From positions 52,762,001 through 52,826,000 of the forward strand of contig CM060732.1 of the NCBI GenBank assembly GCA_030704615.1: a DNA stretch of 64,000 nucleotides. Reading direction: 5' to 3'. The notes beneath the pieces are model-generated. The model saw only the letters and a list, made by a program, of their open reading frames with translations, searched no databases and was not told the origin of the DNA. Source of the stretch: Takakia lepidozioides. Taxonomy: Eukaryota; Plantae; Bryophyta. The translations under genes and the position numbers were made by a program. The first letter of the stretch is position 1. Each line of letters opens with the position of its first letter. Positions 21,559 to 34,000 of the stretch are shown one piece after another.

Positions 21559-22845
21559 AGGAATTCCAAAAAAGCCTTGATGTGAAATGCATTGCAATTC
21601 ACTTGATCACCCCCCTAAAAGTGCGCAATTCAATTGAATTGCAAAGGCAATTCAATTGATCTGCTAAAACTAGCTTGAAAACAACCCTAATTTGCAATTG
21701 AATTGAATTGTCGGCACACGATTCAATTGAATTGCTAGTTGACAATTCAATTGAATTGTTGACTGCAATTCAATTGAATTGTGAATTTGCAAATCAATTG
21801 AATTGCGAATTGGCAATTCAATTGAATTGTAATCTATAATTTTTAACTTATTTCTGTATATAATATATAATATATGTATATGTATATATTCAAATTATAT
21901 TTGTGCACATACAAGAGTATAAGCTAAAAATACATGTTGCCCGTCTATTCTTGCTGCCCCTCTTTCTTGTGCCTTGAGGAAATTGTGGAGTTGTGAAGCC
22001 AGCCTCAGCCTCAGCGAGAAAGGGAGAGCCAGAGAGGGAGAGAGATCAGCAGTTTCCTGTGATTCACTGGCAAAAGAAACATGGCTGGCTCTGAAAGAAA
22101 CAGACAAAATCAAACCTGACAATTGATGAAAGGCTTCCCCTGCATCATCATGTAGTCCCCTAACACTAGTATCTGGACAAAGAAAACAAATGATATGTTC
22201 ATCTTGAGAATTATCAAAAATAATATTGTTTCGATACCCTTACAAAGGTATCATGTTGAAGTTGGGATGTGTGTTCCATATAAGTTTAATATATCAAACT
22301 CTTACATGTTGATACTCTTACATTGGTATCATGTTTGGTATATGTACATAGCCATATATTGGCACCAACATCCACAAAGAGGGACAATCCCACTTTTACA
22401 AGCGCTTCGTGACTTCCTCTCTCTCTCCCTCCCTCTCTCGCTCTCCCTTAGGCTTATCTCGGGCTCAAGCCTTACCATGGGCAAAGGATTGACAGAGAGG
22501 GACAGCAAGAATAGACGGGCAACATGTATTTTTAGCTTACACTTTTGTATGCGTATATGTATAATTTAAATATGTACATATATATAATATATACAGAAAT
22601 AAGTTAAAAATTATAGATTACAATTCAATTGAATTGTAGTCAGCAATTCAATTGATTTGCAAATTCACAATTCAATTGAATTGCAGTCAACAATTCAATT
22701 GAATCGTGTGCCCACAACTCAATTGAAGTGCAAATTAGGGTTGTTTTCAAGCTAGTTTTAGCAGTTCAATTGAATTGCGCACTTTTAGGGGGGTGATCAA
22801 GTGAATTGCAATGCATTTCACATCAAGGCCTTTTTGGTATTCCCT
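21559..22845. mobile_element. Non-autonomous Mutator-like foldback element with TIRs of about 350-400 bp
   Basis: Arms about 21559-21965 and 22495-22845 are inverted copies; 9-bp TSD ccagggata / acagggata; arms carry repeated palindrome CAATTCAATTGAATTG. Confidence 0.82.
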
Positions 22846-24103
22846 ACAGGGATAGATGTGCACTATACAACGAGATTTCTCAGGGTTTTATCCTAGTGGC
22901 TTTGACAGCCTCATCATGTGATACTAAAGAGACTGAGAAAAACCCTCTTCCCATAGAGTGGCAGAAATGATGGTTCAAGCCGCCATCCGCACCAAGGTGC
23001 TCAATGATCCATTTTCTAGCGTATCTCTTGTCCCTAACACACCCAGGGAATGAAGAGGGATACCTTGCTCCGATACAGTTTGAGACTGACACTTGACAAT
23101 TTCCATATCGAGGGAAAGCAGGGCTGAGAGTCAGAAACAGATGCAACTGTGTCTTTCCAAAGGACCAAGTCAGCACTGGTGGAGATAGGAGAGACAGTAG
23201 CAGACCATGACCATGACCCAAAATAGAGGCAGCCCTATCCTGTATCAGATTGCGGTGGGCAGACCAGCTTCTGCCCCTACCTCTCCCCGTAAGGGCCACC
23301 TCTTTTCCTGCGAGGGAAATCTCCTTGAGGCCAATGAGATAACAGAGCAAAGAGCAAGAGACAGGGAGGACATGCAGGACAAAAGAACAAGAATGAGAGA
23401 GGAGAGGGAGGCGATGAAACACACCAGAGGCCCTAACCGTAGTGCCAATGCAAAAACCAGCACAAACTTCCAAGGAAAGTGCAATTTGAGCTGAACCCAA
23501 CTCAGCTTTCTGCTTGCAGCAGTGTAAACGGGGAGGCAAGGATTCCAGCGCTAAAGGTGCAGAAGAAACCAAAAACACTTAAAAGTGTGTAAGAAGCCTG
23601 AAGCCAAGAAGGAGGGGAGGCATCCGAGAGTAAAGAGTGACGGAGCCTGTCATAGGTGGGAAGAGGGGGAATGGAAAGGAGGGCGAGGAAATCATGACAA
23701 TCACAGGGGCCAGCAAAACTGCTCAGCGATTTCACCCGTCAGAGCCAAATATGCCAGCCTATTCATAGATTTTGACCAAGACAGATGATGGTGTCATACC
23801 ATTAACGGAAGAGATGACTCCATCAGGAGTCCAGTACACGCAGAACAAGAGGCACTAAACTGACCCGGTTGGCCGAAACGTCTAAGTCCCAACGCTTCGT
23901 CCCCAGAGAGTGTGAAACACGGAGCTACATCCTTACCGCCAACTTCAAACTCAGATGGCCACTTCAAGTTTAAATAGTTCTTCTCTCTCAGTTTTGCAAA
24001 TCAATATTCGTCGTATCACCACTGACCGTCCTACCAAAGGATATTGCAGTGTTCTGCTCTCCTTCACTAATACTGACACATCACTACAAAAACTAAGAGT
24101 CTG

Positions 24104-27100
24104 TCACAAAATAGCAAAAGATGTTGCTGCTGAGCGGAGTGTCCTACCAACTTCCTTCCATTTAGATTGTGGGGCCATGGCCCCCATCACAAACACCTGC
24201 ATCCATTTCCACAATATATTTTGTGTTAGCCTTCAGTTCACAAAATCTCCATGTGGTGCTACAACCGGAGGAACCTGAAAATGCTAGTATGTTCCCAGTG
24301 GCAAGTGTACTGATTGCAGATGTGCAAGCAGAGCAAAGGGGAAGCCCAAGAAACTCCTACAGATTAGGTCAAATGTCAGTTTTCAGCTAGAAACCAGCTA
24401 GGACTGGTCAATGCAGAAGGGCGATTTCTTGAATGGTAAAAGATGAGTGACATCCACCACTGAGATTCAGATTACTGTAAAAAGCCCACTGGTCTAATGT
24501 TATTGCAACTGATTATCATCAGTGGCTTGAGTAACATCCTTCCGGAGGTTCCATTTCTTCCATAGAGCTGCTTCCACTGATTAATCATGTGCAATGCTCT
24601 CCAATCCTGGAAACTATGAGCAAACTATCAGACTTCTTAGGCGGTGGTTCCGGCAATAAGCTATCATTCGTGATTGTTGTTCAGAGGTTAATATTGTGGA
24701 AGCTTGACCCTGAGGGCTTGTGAGTCCCACTGCCCCATTGAAATACCCTCCTTTTACAGTGTCATTTCCAGAAAATAAAGGATGCCGTTCTTCAGCAGTT
24801 GTGATGAAGAGGGGAAGCTCCTTACTTTTCCACCTGCTGCTGCAGCTGACATGACAACCCGCTTATCCTTCGCCACAAACTCATACAAGTAGTACGTCCT
24901 TGTCAAAGCGCCAGAAAGTCAATACAACCATTTTGCCCGCAAAAGCGAGGTGGGCAAACAAAAATCTGAGGATACAGCTCTATTCATCTACAGTGATTAA
25001 TGACAGACTTTGATAATAGTGGGGACACAACAACGCAGCACTGGTAAACAGTATGTCAAAAAATCAGACGATCCTTGTGAATCATCCTTCAGTCCATATG
25101 AACAAACTATACCTGGGAATGCTTGAATCTGCTGAGTTCATGGTGCGTGCAGCCATGAGCGTTGCTCCTGCTGAGAATCCCAAGTTCAAACGTCAGCATA
25201 CCAAACACAACCCGTTCAAATGCCATGGCTCTCAAGAGCCCTGCACTATTCACTCCAAAAGAGCCTAATGCTTGGAAACCAAGAATGCAACATAAAGAAA
25301 TCCTCACACATAACTAAAAAAGTAATTTGGTTGTAGCTTGTAGCTTCAAACTCATATCATGGACTTGATTGTTGCACAAAAGCAGACCAAGAAGAGCGTC
25401 AGAGCAGGAAGAGAGTACCAGGAACAAACATGCGAGCTGCCTCTTGCAAAGACCCAAACTCACTGATATCTTTTGCCTGGCCCACACCCGCCGGTCAAAT
25501 GACTGACTGTCTCCTTCGGCAGATAGAGAATGCTCTCACTTGGTCGGCTCCTATGACTGTTGGTTGTGACACACCCTTATGAGTGTACATGCCACAGAAT
25601 GCTAACCCTCTACAGCTGGTTGTGGAGTGTGAAAGTACGCCCGGAATTGCTATTGTCGGGCACAAGGCCAATTGATTTTAAAGTAACCGAGGTGAATATT
25701 GAGAATATTATGAGACACACCTCAAAGAATGAAAGTCTGAGTTGTGAAGCCTGGCGAATGACCACACTCAGCACCTCCAGCCTGCACCATTGAAGAAGTT
25801 TCAGAAACTCACTCCAAAGTGCAACCTCCATTGTGAATGTACATATTTAACTAAAATCTTGTCCTAATATGCACTGGATCCCATGATTACTCCACATTCA
25901 AAAAAGAACTTCGAATGTTCCAGGGCAATGAGAGGCAGAAAGAGGCAACGCACCTGTCAGGTGATGCAAAGCGAGCAGCAAACGGCCTTTCCTTTGCACG
26001 CTCTCCATACAGTGAGGTGCCCCCTTCCTAAAAGGAACATTCCACATCACTGATTAAGTAGTTGTTCCAAAACCACTACTCAGAACATTGCAGCTGATAC
26101 ACTAAACCCAAAACTCACACTTCCATGTCAATCTCAATTTCCCTTGGTTATTTCTTGTTCCCTTTTTCACCTAGATTCAACTGTAATGAACTTAGCAACC
26201 TGAACGGCTGAACAATGTGGTGAGGGAGGCAGGGCAGGGGGAATGTACTCCTGGACCATTCCCTGCTAACATTGGCTGTGAGATAGACTCTGCCAGGAAC
26301 TAACACAGAAACCCTCAAGTGCTCAAGACAGCGCACAACAATCTGGGAATAGATTTGACAGCTGTCCATGGCTCAAAAGATTGGAAAGCATGATGTGGAT
26401 ATCAGGCTACAGTAACCCTCTAACTTTCTAAGATGTCTATGTCTTCAAGAGAAAGGTGAAGAAAAACATTTCAAAGTCAAAGCCATAATTACGTCAGGCT
26501 CCACAATATCCTCAAACTCAGGTGGGACTCTGATTGCAAAGCCTTCCCCTCGAAAGCGATACCAGGATTCTGTGTTTATCGCCCCCTTTCTGATTGTGCT
26601 ACCAGGTGGCACCGATGAAGGATCCGCAGTTGAACTGGTAGCAGAGGCAGCCTTTGATTCCTGGTTGGAGGAAGCAGCCCCATTCTGAATGTCTGCTTCC
26701 GAAGCTTCTGTATAGTCTGGGAGTAGGCCAATAATTGCCACAGAAATCACTGCGGCTACTGTCCCAACAAACTTTCTTCGAGATTGAGGCCAAGCATCTC
26801 CAAATTTATCAGAGATTTCCACATTGTCAGAAATTCCCACTTTATGCACAACTGTGAACAAATATGCTTTCCATAGGATCGATGCAGAAGGTCTTGACTC
26901 CACATTATGATAACTGTCATGTGGCAGTTCATACTGCTCGTCCCTCTGCCAGACCACCTTTCCATGTCCATGAGTTGCAATACAACCAAGCAACTTGTTC
27001 CAGGTCAATGAAGACTGGTAAATCTGTCTCTTTCTCTCTTTAATGCTAACTGCTGTAGAGTTTGAGGTCAAAAGGATTTACTTACACTCTCTGCCCATGA

Positions 27101-27870
27101 TGCATTGCCTAGTGAACCCTCGTTATTTCTTTGCTAACTAGTTGCATCTCTGCAACCCTGCACCTGCGTCCCTGGTGTCTCGGGGACTAAATAGTCTCAT
27201 TGACTGCCATATAGACTAATATACGGTTTATTTGCACCTGCGACTACTAAATGGTCATTGCTGAGGTGGGTGATTTGTTGTTTGTCGTGCGGAACACATA
27301 AATCTCTTCTCTCAGAGCCAAGTTCATGGTAGACTTCCGGATATACTTTGCTGCGAGTTTCACTTGTGCTTTGTTGTCAAGAATCGAGGAAGGTTATATG
27401 AACGTTCGCAGCGTAATAATACAATGAGATAATACCTCGCTCTAGACTGACTTGGAATCAGAAATCTCTTAGAGGCGCCCAGTCCCAGAAGAGGTTGATA
27501 TTAAGTTGCCCAAACTTTGATTTGTAAACCTCACCTTCATAAACGAATTAGCCGCCTCTCTCCCAGCCTCCCATGCTCTCGCCCTCAACCTTGAAGCATC
27601 CATTGATCCAGTACCTGCCCTTTGAAACAAATGATAAACCCTGAATCTGTTACACCACGATAGTTCGCGCACCCCGGTCGTAAGACCAGAGCTGTAGGTG
27701 GATCTAAATTCTGAGGAAAGAGAAGACACTGGACAGCTTCTTACGGTCGAAGTTGCTGAATTTCTGCCACAGCAAATTAAGGTAGGGGAAGCAACTGGTG
27801 GAGAAAGTGTGAAGGAACAAGTTGGGTGGCAAATGGAAGGCCCACAAGCTGGGCACCCAATTCTTGCCAT
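24104..27870 (-). CDS. PPD5: PsbP domain-containing protein 5 (thylakoid lumen, TAT substrate)
   Basis: Exons: 27870-27535 (putative transit peptide), ?-26493, 26027-25954, 25781-25721, 25476-25419, 25170/25167-25113, 24898-24826, 24196-24104. From the exon ending at 26493 onward all introns are GT-AG with consistent phases. Motifs SRRKFV...TEA, GFAIRVPPEFEDI, LYGERAK..FAARF, EVLSVVIR, YYLYEF, APQSKW...LRSAATSF. 5' exon structure uncertain. Confidence 0.88.
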
Positions 27871-28326
27871 CGTCGTTCCTCCTTGGGTGCACCCCACCTT
27901 CTTCACCTCACAAAGTTAAAATCGATCAACTGGACACCATCAAGACTCCTCCGTAGGTTCCTCGTCCAACAAACGAAGATAAAAATTTGCGCACCTTCAG
28001 CTCAACAACAGCAACAACATTCTGCAGCCTGCCTTCAGCATGCACAATACATTTGCGATGTTCCAGCCCTTCCTCTTCTCTGCTGCCAGTCCTCACACAC
28101 CATACCGGGATGATGGGCGGGTTATACAGTATAGAGAGTACATGGATGAACGATGAGTGGATGGTATCCTCCCTCTTGTTGATGTGGTGTAAAACCCTAT
28201 ATATATGCAGATCAATCCTTTCCTTGGCGTAATATGCTTGGAGAATCCGTGCCCCCATCCATGTATCCAGCGATTTGGAAGTGTTGATTCATTTGGGTCT
28301 GCTTAGATTTCTTATAGGAGAGAGAT

Positions 28327-28638
28327 ATGGGGTTGTTTGGAGGCAGGGGGAAGAAAGCGGAGAAGAAGAAAGAGGAGGCAGAGCTGCCTCTGCCGCAGCC
28401 GAGCAAACCGGCGCTTGAGTCTGCAGCAGTTCCCAAAGCATCTAAGCTTCCTGTCGATGCCAGCTCTTCTTCACTTCAAAGGGAGACCAGCGTCTTTGAG
28501 TTTGGATCGGCGGGAAGCAGTGAGGAGCGAATGACTCTGGCTGGTTATTGTCCTGTTTCTGACGAGATGGAGCCTTGCCGGTGGGAGATTCTTCCGTCGG
28601 GTGGCAATGAAGCTCCCCAATTCCGCATCATTTTTTGA
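28327..28638 (+). CDS. 103-aa small protein of unknown function, possible N-myristoylation
   Basis: Uninterrupted ATG ORF beginning MGLFGG plus a basic patch; C-terminal SVFEFGS...TLAGYCPVSDEMEPCRWEILP...APQFRIIF resembles a conserved uncharacterised land-plant motif (from recall). Confidence 0.75.
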   Translation: MGLFGGRGKKAEKKKEEAELPLPQPSKPALESAAVPKASKLPVDASSSSLQRETSVFEFGSAGSSEERMTLAGYCPVSDEMEPCRWEILPSGGNEAPQFRIIF

Positions 28639-31043
28639 GGTTACTGTTTTGGTACTCTTTTTGGCTGATGACGTTACTGGTGACTCTAGTAGGACTCGCA
28701 GTGGGTTTTGGGCTCATCGAAGTAGCAATTCAAGCCTTCATGAAGCAAGAGGCTGCAAGTGACCCTGACTGTTTCCTTCACCCAGTATCGCTAGACTGAC
28801 GGGAGATCTCTTCATAAGTGTGCACCTTTCCCATTATGCAGATGCCATAGCCTTGCGATTGATCCTTTTGGATACACTCCCTCCCAGTTCCACCTCTCAT
28901 CAACTACCGTAGCTCTGTTATCGCTTACTATGGGCGATTGCAGATTGAGCTTTTCTTCTAGGTAGCTCATATTATGAATCTGTGAGTGGGTGGAGGTCTT
29001 GATTAATGTGAGAGCGATTATGCCGTCCAGTGCTTCAGGTCCAATATCGCAGTAGTATTGTACTCCCCTACTTTCTACAATAGAGCATACATACTGAGAG
29101 ACCTGTCTCTGAATTGGATTACCTTGTCTTAGACAGGATGTAATGGAACTCTGCTACTTCAGGTAGTGAATAGTATGTACTTGACATTGAAAATCCTGCC
29201 AGTATCACTTATCCTTGATGAAGCAGCTAAGACAGCTCTTTGTAAGGGCATGCACTAGTGAATGCTGGATGAGAAAGGTGCATACACTCCAAAAAATCTC
29301 TAAGTTTGAATTAGAGTTGATGAGCCAACTGTAGAGAGATGAAATGGGCAAGGGAGAACCATGACAATGGAATGGGGTGGTTGCCCAATAGAGTAAAATG
29401 TTGCCAGACATGACCTCTCTACCACTCCATCTGGTCAACTTGGGACGAAGCTGCTTAGTGGCATGCAGCGTCAGACCCCTGGATAAGATTTTAAGAAGGT
29501 TTAGCACTGAATTTGTGAGGCTACCGAGTAAGAGGTTTTTGGAGGGATTGATTAGCTGACTGGCTGCTGGATTGGGATTTTGTGCAGGGTTTTATGGTCT
29601 TTGAGTCTAGTGACAGCAAACAGGTCCACACCGAAGAGCATGTAAAGCCAGAAACATGGGCCATTCCCTCACGCTGTGTGAATGTGCCCCCAGTGTTGTA
29701 GGTCTGTAGATTGTGTTTACATGTGCAATACCCATAACTCTACAGAACTGTCAGTGTTTCTTTGACAAATTGACTGTCAATGCACTTTGATAACCTACAT
29801 TCAACAGAGTCTGGTCCCTGGAACTCTATGGATCACTTGATGTGTAACAATGCAGACAACTTGTCTGGTCAGAACTCATATAAGGACTGGCATTTTACAT
29901 ATTTGGTTCCGACTTCTGTCTCTTTCCAGTTTCTCGTGTGATGGTGAAGGCGCATGTAGGTTGAGATGTTATCCAAGAACTGGTGCTAAACAGCAAAGAG
30001 TGGGTTATGTGCTTGCTACAGTGTGTAAAACCCTGCATTGTGACCATTCATCAAGTGCTGACATTGTTTGCCCATGGTCTCAGTTGCAAAGAATCCTTCT
30101 CCCAAGTTGTAGAATTGTAAGTAATATAAATTTAGCTGTACCCAAGGCTTATGGAAAACCTTCAGGCTGCCCCATGCTGTCGGCGATCGAGATGGACCAT
30201 CTGGACATTCATGTGAGTGACGACAATATTGAAACTCAGATCACATGGTACATATATGGCATATACCGCTAGGCAATGGGTAATTCTGTTCATGAGAAAG
30301 ACGAGGGGTGGCAGGGCTGCAGCCATGATCCATGAGGCAGGTGAAAAGCAAAGAATGGCCTGTTGAGATCATCCCAGTCAGAGAAAGAACTACACTATTT
30401 CAAGGAAACCTGCGGTTTGTTTGCCCTGAGGTTTGAACAGTTGGCAGACAAGAAAGGTCACCTCTATATACACGGCCCTGGCTTCCCCACAGGTGCAATT
30501 CCTTGATGATTCTAATACTACTTAGAAGATGTGCAGATCTGATCGGAATGTTTGAGAATATTCAGCTTTCGAAGGAAATGTGAGTCAACAGATGTAAGTT
30601 AGTGGAACCAATATGATCAGAATCCCGAGTACAACAAAAAATCTCAGTCACCATGAGAATACTATGTTCACCACTCTGACCTTCCCAGTTGCTTCCAAGA
30701 ACGCCATGGTGTCTGCATGGAATCTGCCTGGCCAAAACTTGGTTGTCAAGCACTCAAGTGCATGCAATACACAAATGGGCACCATGTCAGGTACTGTTGC
30801 ATGCCACCAAATCGAAGTGTCGAACACACGGATAATACAAATCCCTCTTTGAAGTGTGAGAATCTTGTTGATGTAACGGATGGTCTAGTGAAGCAGAGAG
30901 CAACGAGTTTGTGCCATATGGTAGCATGCAGTTTCCCTTCCTGTACATGGAAAACTAGACATCTGTATGTCCTACTATTTCTGTACGTTTTAGGATAGGA
31001 AATTTGACAATAACGTTGTATGAATAAGAACAGCCGCTCTAAA

Positions 31044-34000
31044 TCAACTTTCTAGGTCATCTTTATTGGATTTCCTAATGCTTAGGCCTATTCCTGCACT
31101 AAGGAGTACGAATACTACTGCTAGGGATGTTTCAGTTGGTACATGAAAACCTGCCACATTGCAAGCATAAAATTAGTTGATGGTCACTGATCTGAGCCAT
31201 CCTCCCTACCCCCCAAGTGACTGGCTTTAGAAAGTCAAAGCTTTCCATTGGAGGAATGTAGGCAAGCACACCACCAAAGCATCCAAAGTGATTCTAAAAA
31301 ACGTAAAAACTGTCACACAAAATGTTCCCCAAGAAGTAGCTTACCAAAATATTCTGCAACCATTTTAGAGCCGATGAAGCCTAGAACTGCCCCTACAGAT
31401 GGCTGCAATAACCAAGAACGGCAGTAAGCAGACACACTAGAACAAGTCAAACACCCACCCACTATCAAGATACTCAGCCCTTGAATGAGAAGTAACACGC
31501 ACATGTTGAAATTACATCAGACACCTAGAAGTAACCCAATGTCAAGTGGTAGGTAATAAAGATGTAGAAAACAGCAAAACAAAACCAATATTATAACATG
31601 TGGTGACAATGGCAAATACCTGCAAATATTCTAGTTCTGCCATGCTTCCAGAAATCAAAGTGTACAATGATCTCAGGCCTGTGGGCACAACACACCAATC
31701 GGTTGCTGCTTAGGCAATTGTTGGTAAATAATTTTATTGTAGATGACACCAACAACTCTGGACTTCTCTACACTCTATCAATCGCAAAAGCATTGGCACC
31801 CAAACCCCCTTTCACAGTAAAAACAACATGCTACCCAGCAGTAACACAGGCATCTATGCAATCAAGGAACAACATTTACACATGACTTGAAGAACTGATC
31901 ATGGGTGCCTCAGCTATGATGCTTGCATGGTAAGTCGTGACCACTGTTTCGAGAAATGCACTGGATTTATAAGATAGGGTCACTGAAACAAACGGAAAGT
32001 GACCAACCAAGAATGGCAAACATGTTGGATGAGAAGACGATAAAAGGATCCTTAGTCACTCCAAACACTGCTGGTATGGAGTCAACCTGTCAAAGAAGAC
32101 ACAACAAGAAATCAATCTCAAATGTAGCACCAAACAAAACAACCTACGTAACGGCACATGATGCTCCGTGATATAATGCCAAGTCTGAAGTCAAGGCTCT
32201 CTGATCTCGACCCTCACAAAGGTGCCATGAAGGGAACAAGCTTACAGCAAATGCAATATCGCTCAGCTCAACAACGGCCAACGTGAGCAGCAAGGGTGTT
32301 GCCTGCACACAACGATGAACCAAGTGAGGCAACTGTAACTGTCTTTTTGAGTGTCATCAAAACAATCTTACAAGTAAAACCATCTCCCCACGTTAAGACT
32401 TGCACTAAAGGAATAATGGACCTCCAAGCATCCAAAGTCATCAAAATACTACATTGCAGAATCCTTCTTGCCCCTCAAAATCCAGCTCTCCTTTCCAGCA
32501 ATAAATGAAAAAGGGCAAGAAGGCATACCTTCTTGACACCTTCAACAGTGGTGAAGAACCTGTCGCCATCATACATAGCTGCCAAAAGCAAAACTTTCAC
32601 GGATTACTTCGAGAAACTTCCTCTATTCAAAAGTTTACTACCTTGAACTTGCTGAAGGTAAGGCATCGACAGCACAAGCATCTCCCAACTGATAGAAAGT
32701 TCGAGAATGACATGGGATTGAAATGGATGTACTACTGCTTCACTTTCCTCACTGTGGCCTTGCAGTTGAGAGAGATGTCCTTATTCATGATTTGCTCCAA
32801 AGGTTGGCTATGATACACCTTTTTGTGCATACACTGGAGAGAGAGAGAGACATACAATGTACATGAATGAACCTCTTGCAGAGATTCACAATGAAATTGT
32901 TCGAGAGATCCTCCTCTTCCTCCTCTGAATCATCAAACAACTGCATACAGAGTATCCCCAGACAACCAAAGTGAGTGTGGCATGTGCATGCGACGACTGA
33001 CATAAAGCTGAAAACACGCAATATGGTTCATAAATAGCCTTGTCTCAAGCACAGAAGCAGGGCTCACTCCGGTAGTGTGACTTCCCTTGATAGAGACAAT
33101 TAGTTTAGGTTTCCCAGATATCCAGTAGAAAGCCCTTCACACAAGCATCAACTTGCTCTGTGTGAGCTGCCCAGTAATTAGACCCCAGCAGGGCCAGGGC
33201 TTTAGGCTCAGCCTCAAGATTTTCAAAGTTTGTGAACAGAGGTGTGGAGACAATGTTCTTGATGGGAAGGGGGTCACTCTCTGGTGAGAATATCCTGGAC
33301 AATGTATCAGAAAATGGATATTGTCTTCAGGCTGCCCGGACATCCGGCAAGGTAGGCCCTTGAGATTATCTTTAAGGTCCTGGTTTGGTTGGAGAGAGAG
33401 AGAGAATGTACGCTTAAGACTAAGACTTTGTTTGCTGTACCTCATGGTTTTTTATTACTTCAGAGTTGATCCCTCTGCAGTGGAAAACTTTAGTGAGACC
33501 CAAGGCTTTGCGCTTGCCAGATTAAACAACTTTTTGTATGTGCGCTTCCCAATGAGGAAAACTCAATGCCAAGGTATGTGTAGGAAGGGAGGACAGAATC
33601 TCTTGGCTTCCCCACTGCTACTTAAGGAAAGGGTTTCTTCGGAAATGGAGAGAGAGATTGTACTCATAAGACGTTGTTTGCCGTAGCCTTGTGGCCATTG
33701 ACCCCGCGCCCAGTTTGAGCGGGAACAAAAGGGACAGAACCTACCTCTGTCAAGGGCTGACGTTGGTAGTAAGACTTACCTCCATATAAAGAATTAATCC
33801 GGGTTTTCCAGATATCCTCTAGAAATCCCTTCACACAAGCATCAATCTGCTGTGTGTGATTTGCCCAAAAACTAGGCCTCAGGAGGGCCTGGGCTTTTGG
33901 CTCAGCCTCGAGACTTTCAAAGTTGGTAAACAGAGGTACAGGCACAATTCCCTTAATAGATTTGAAGAGAGCGTCTCTTTGGTGAGAGAACCCCGGACAG

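Larger units (their letters stand above)
20700..23100 (-). pseudogene. L1-like LINE ORF1 (DUF4283-like) relic interrupted by two DNA transposons
   Basis: ...MGRGFFSVSL...KP reads on across the 21559-22845 insertion into YPWSPDWDTKELPVTRK.IALP, typical of plant LINE ORF1; boundaries approximate. Confidence 0.5.

Noticed and set aside
24620-24665. Possible last PPD5 exon (LIAGTTA)
   Set aside because: Immediate stop; the exon at 24196-24104 gives the proper conserved C-terminus.
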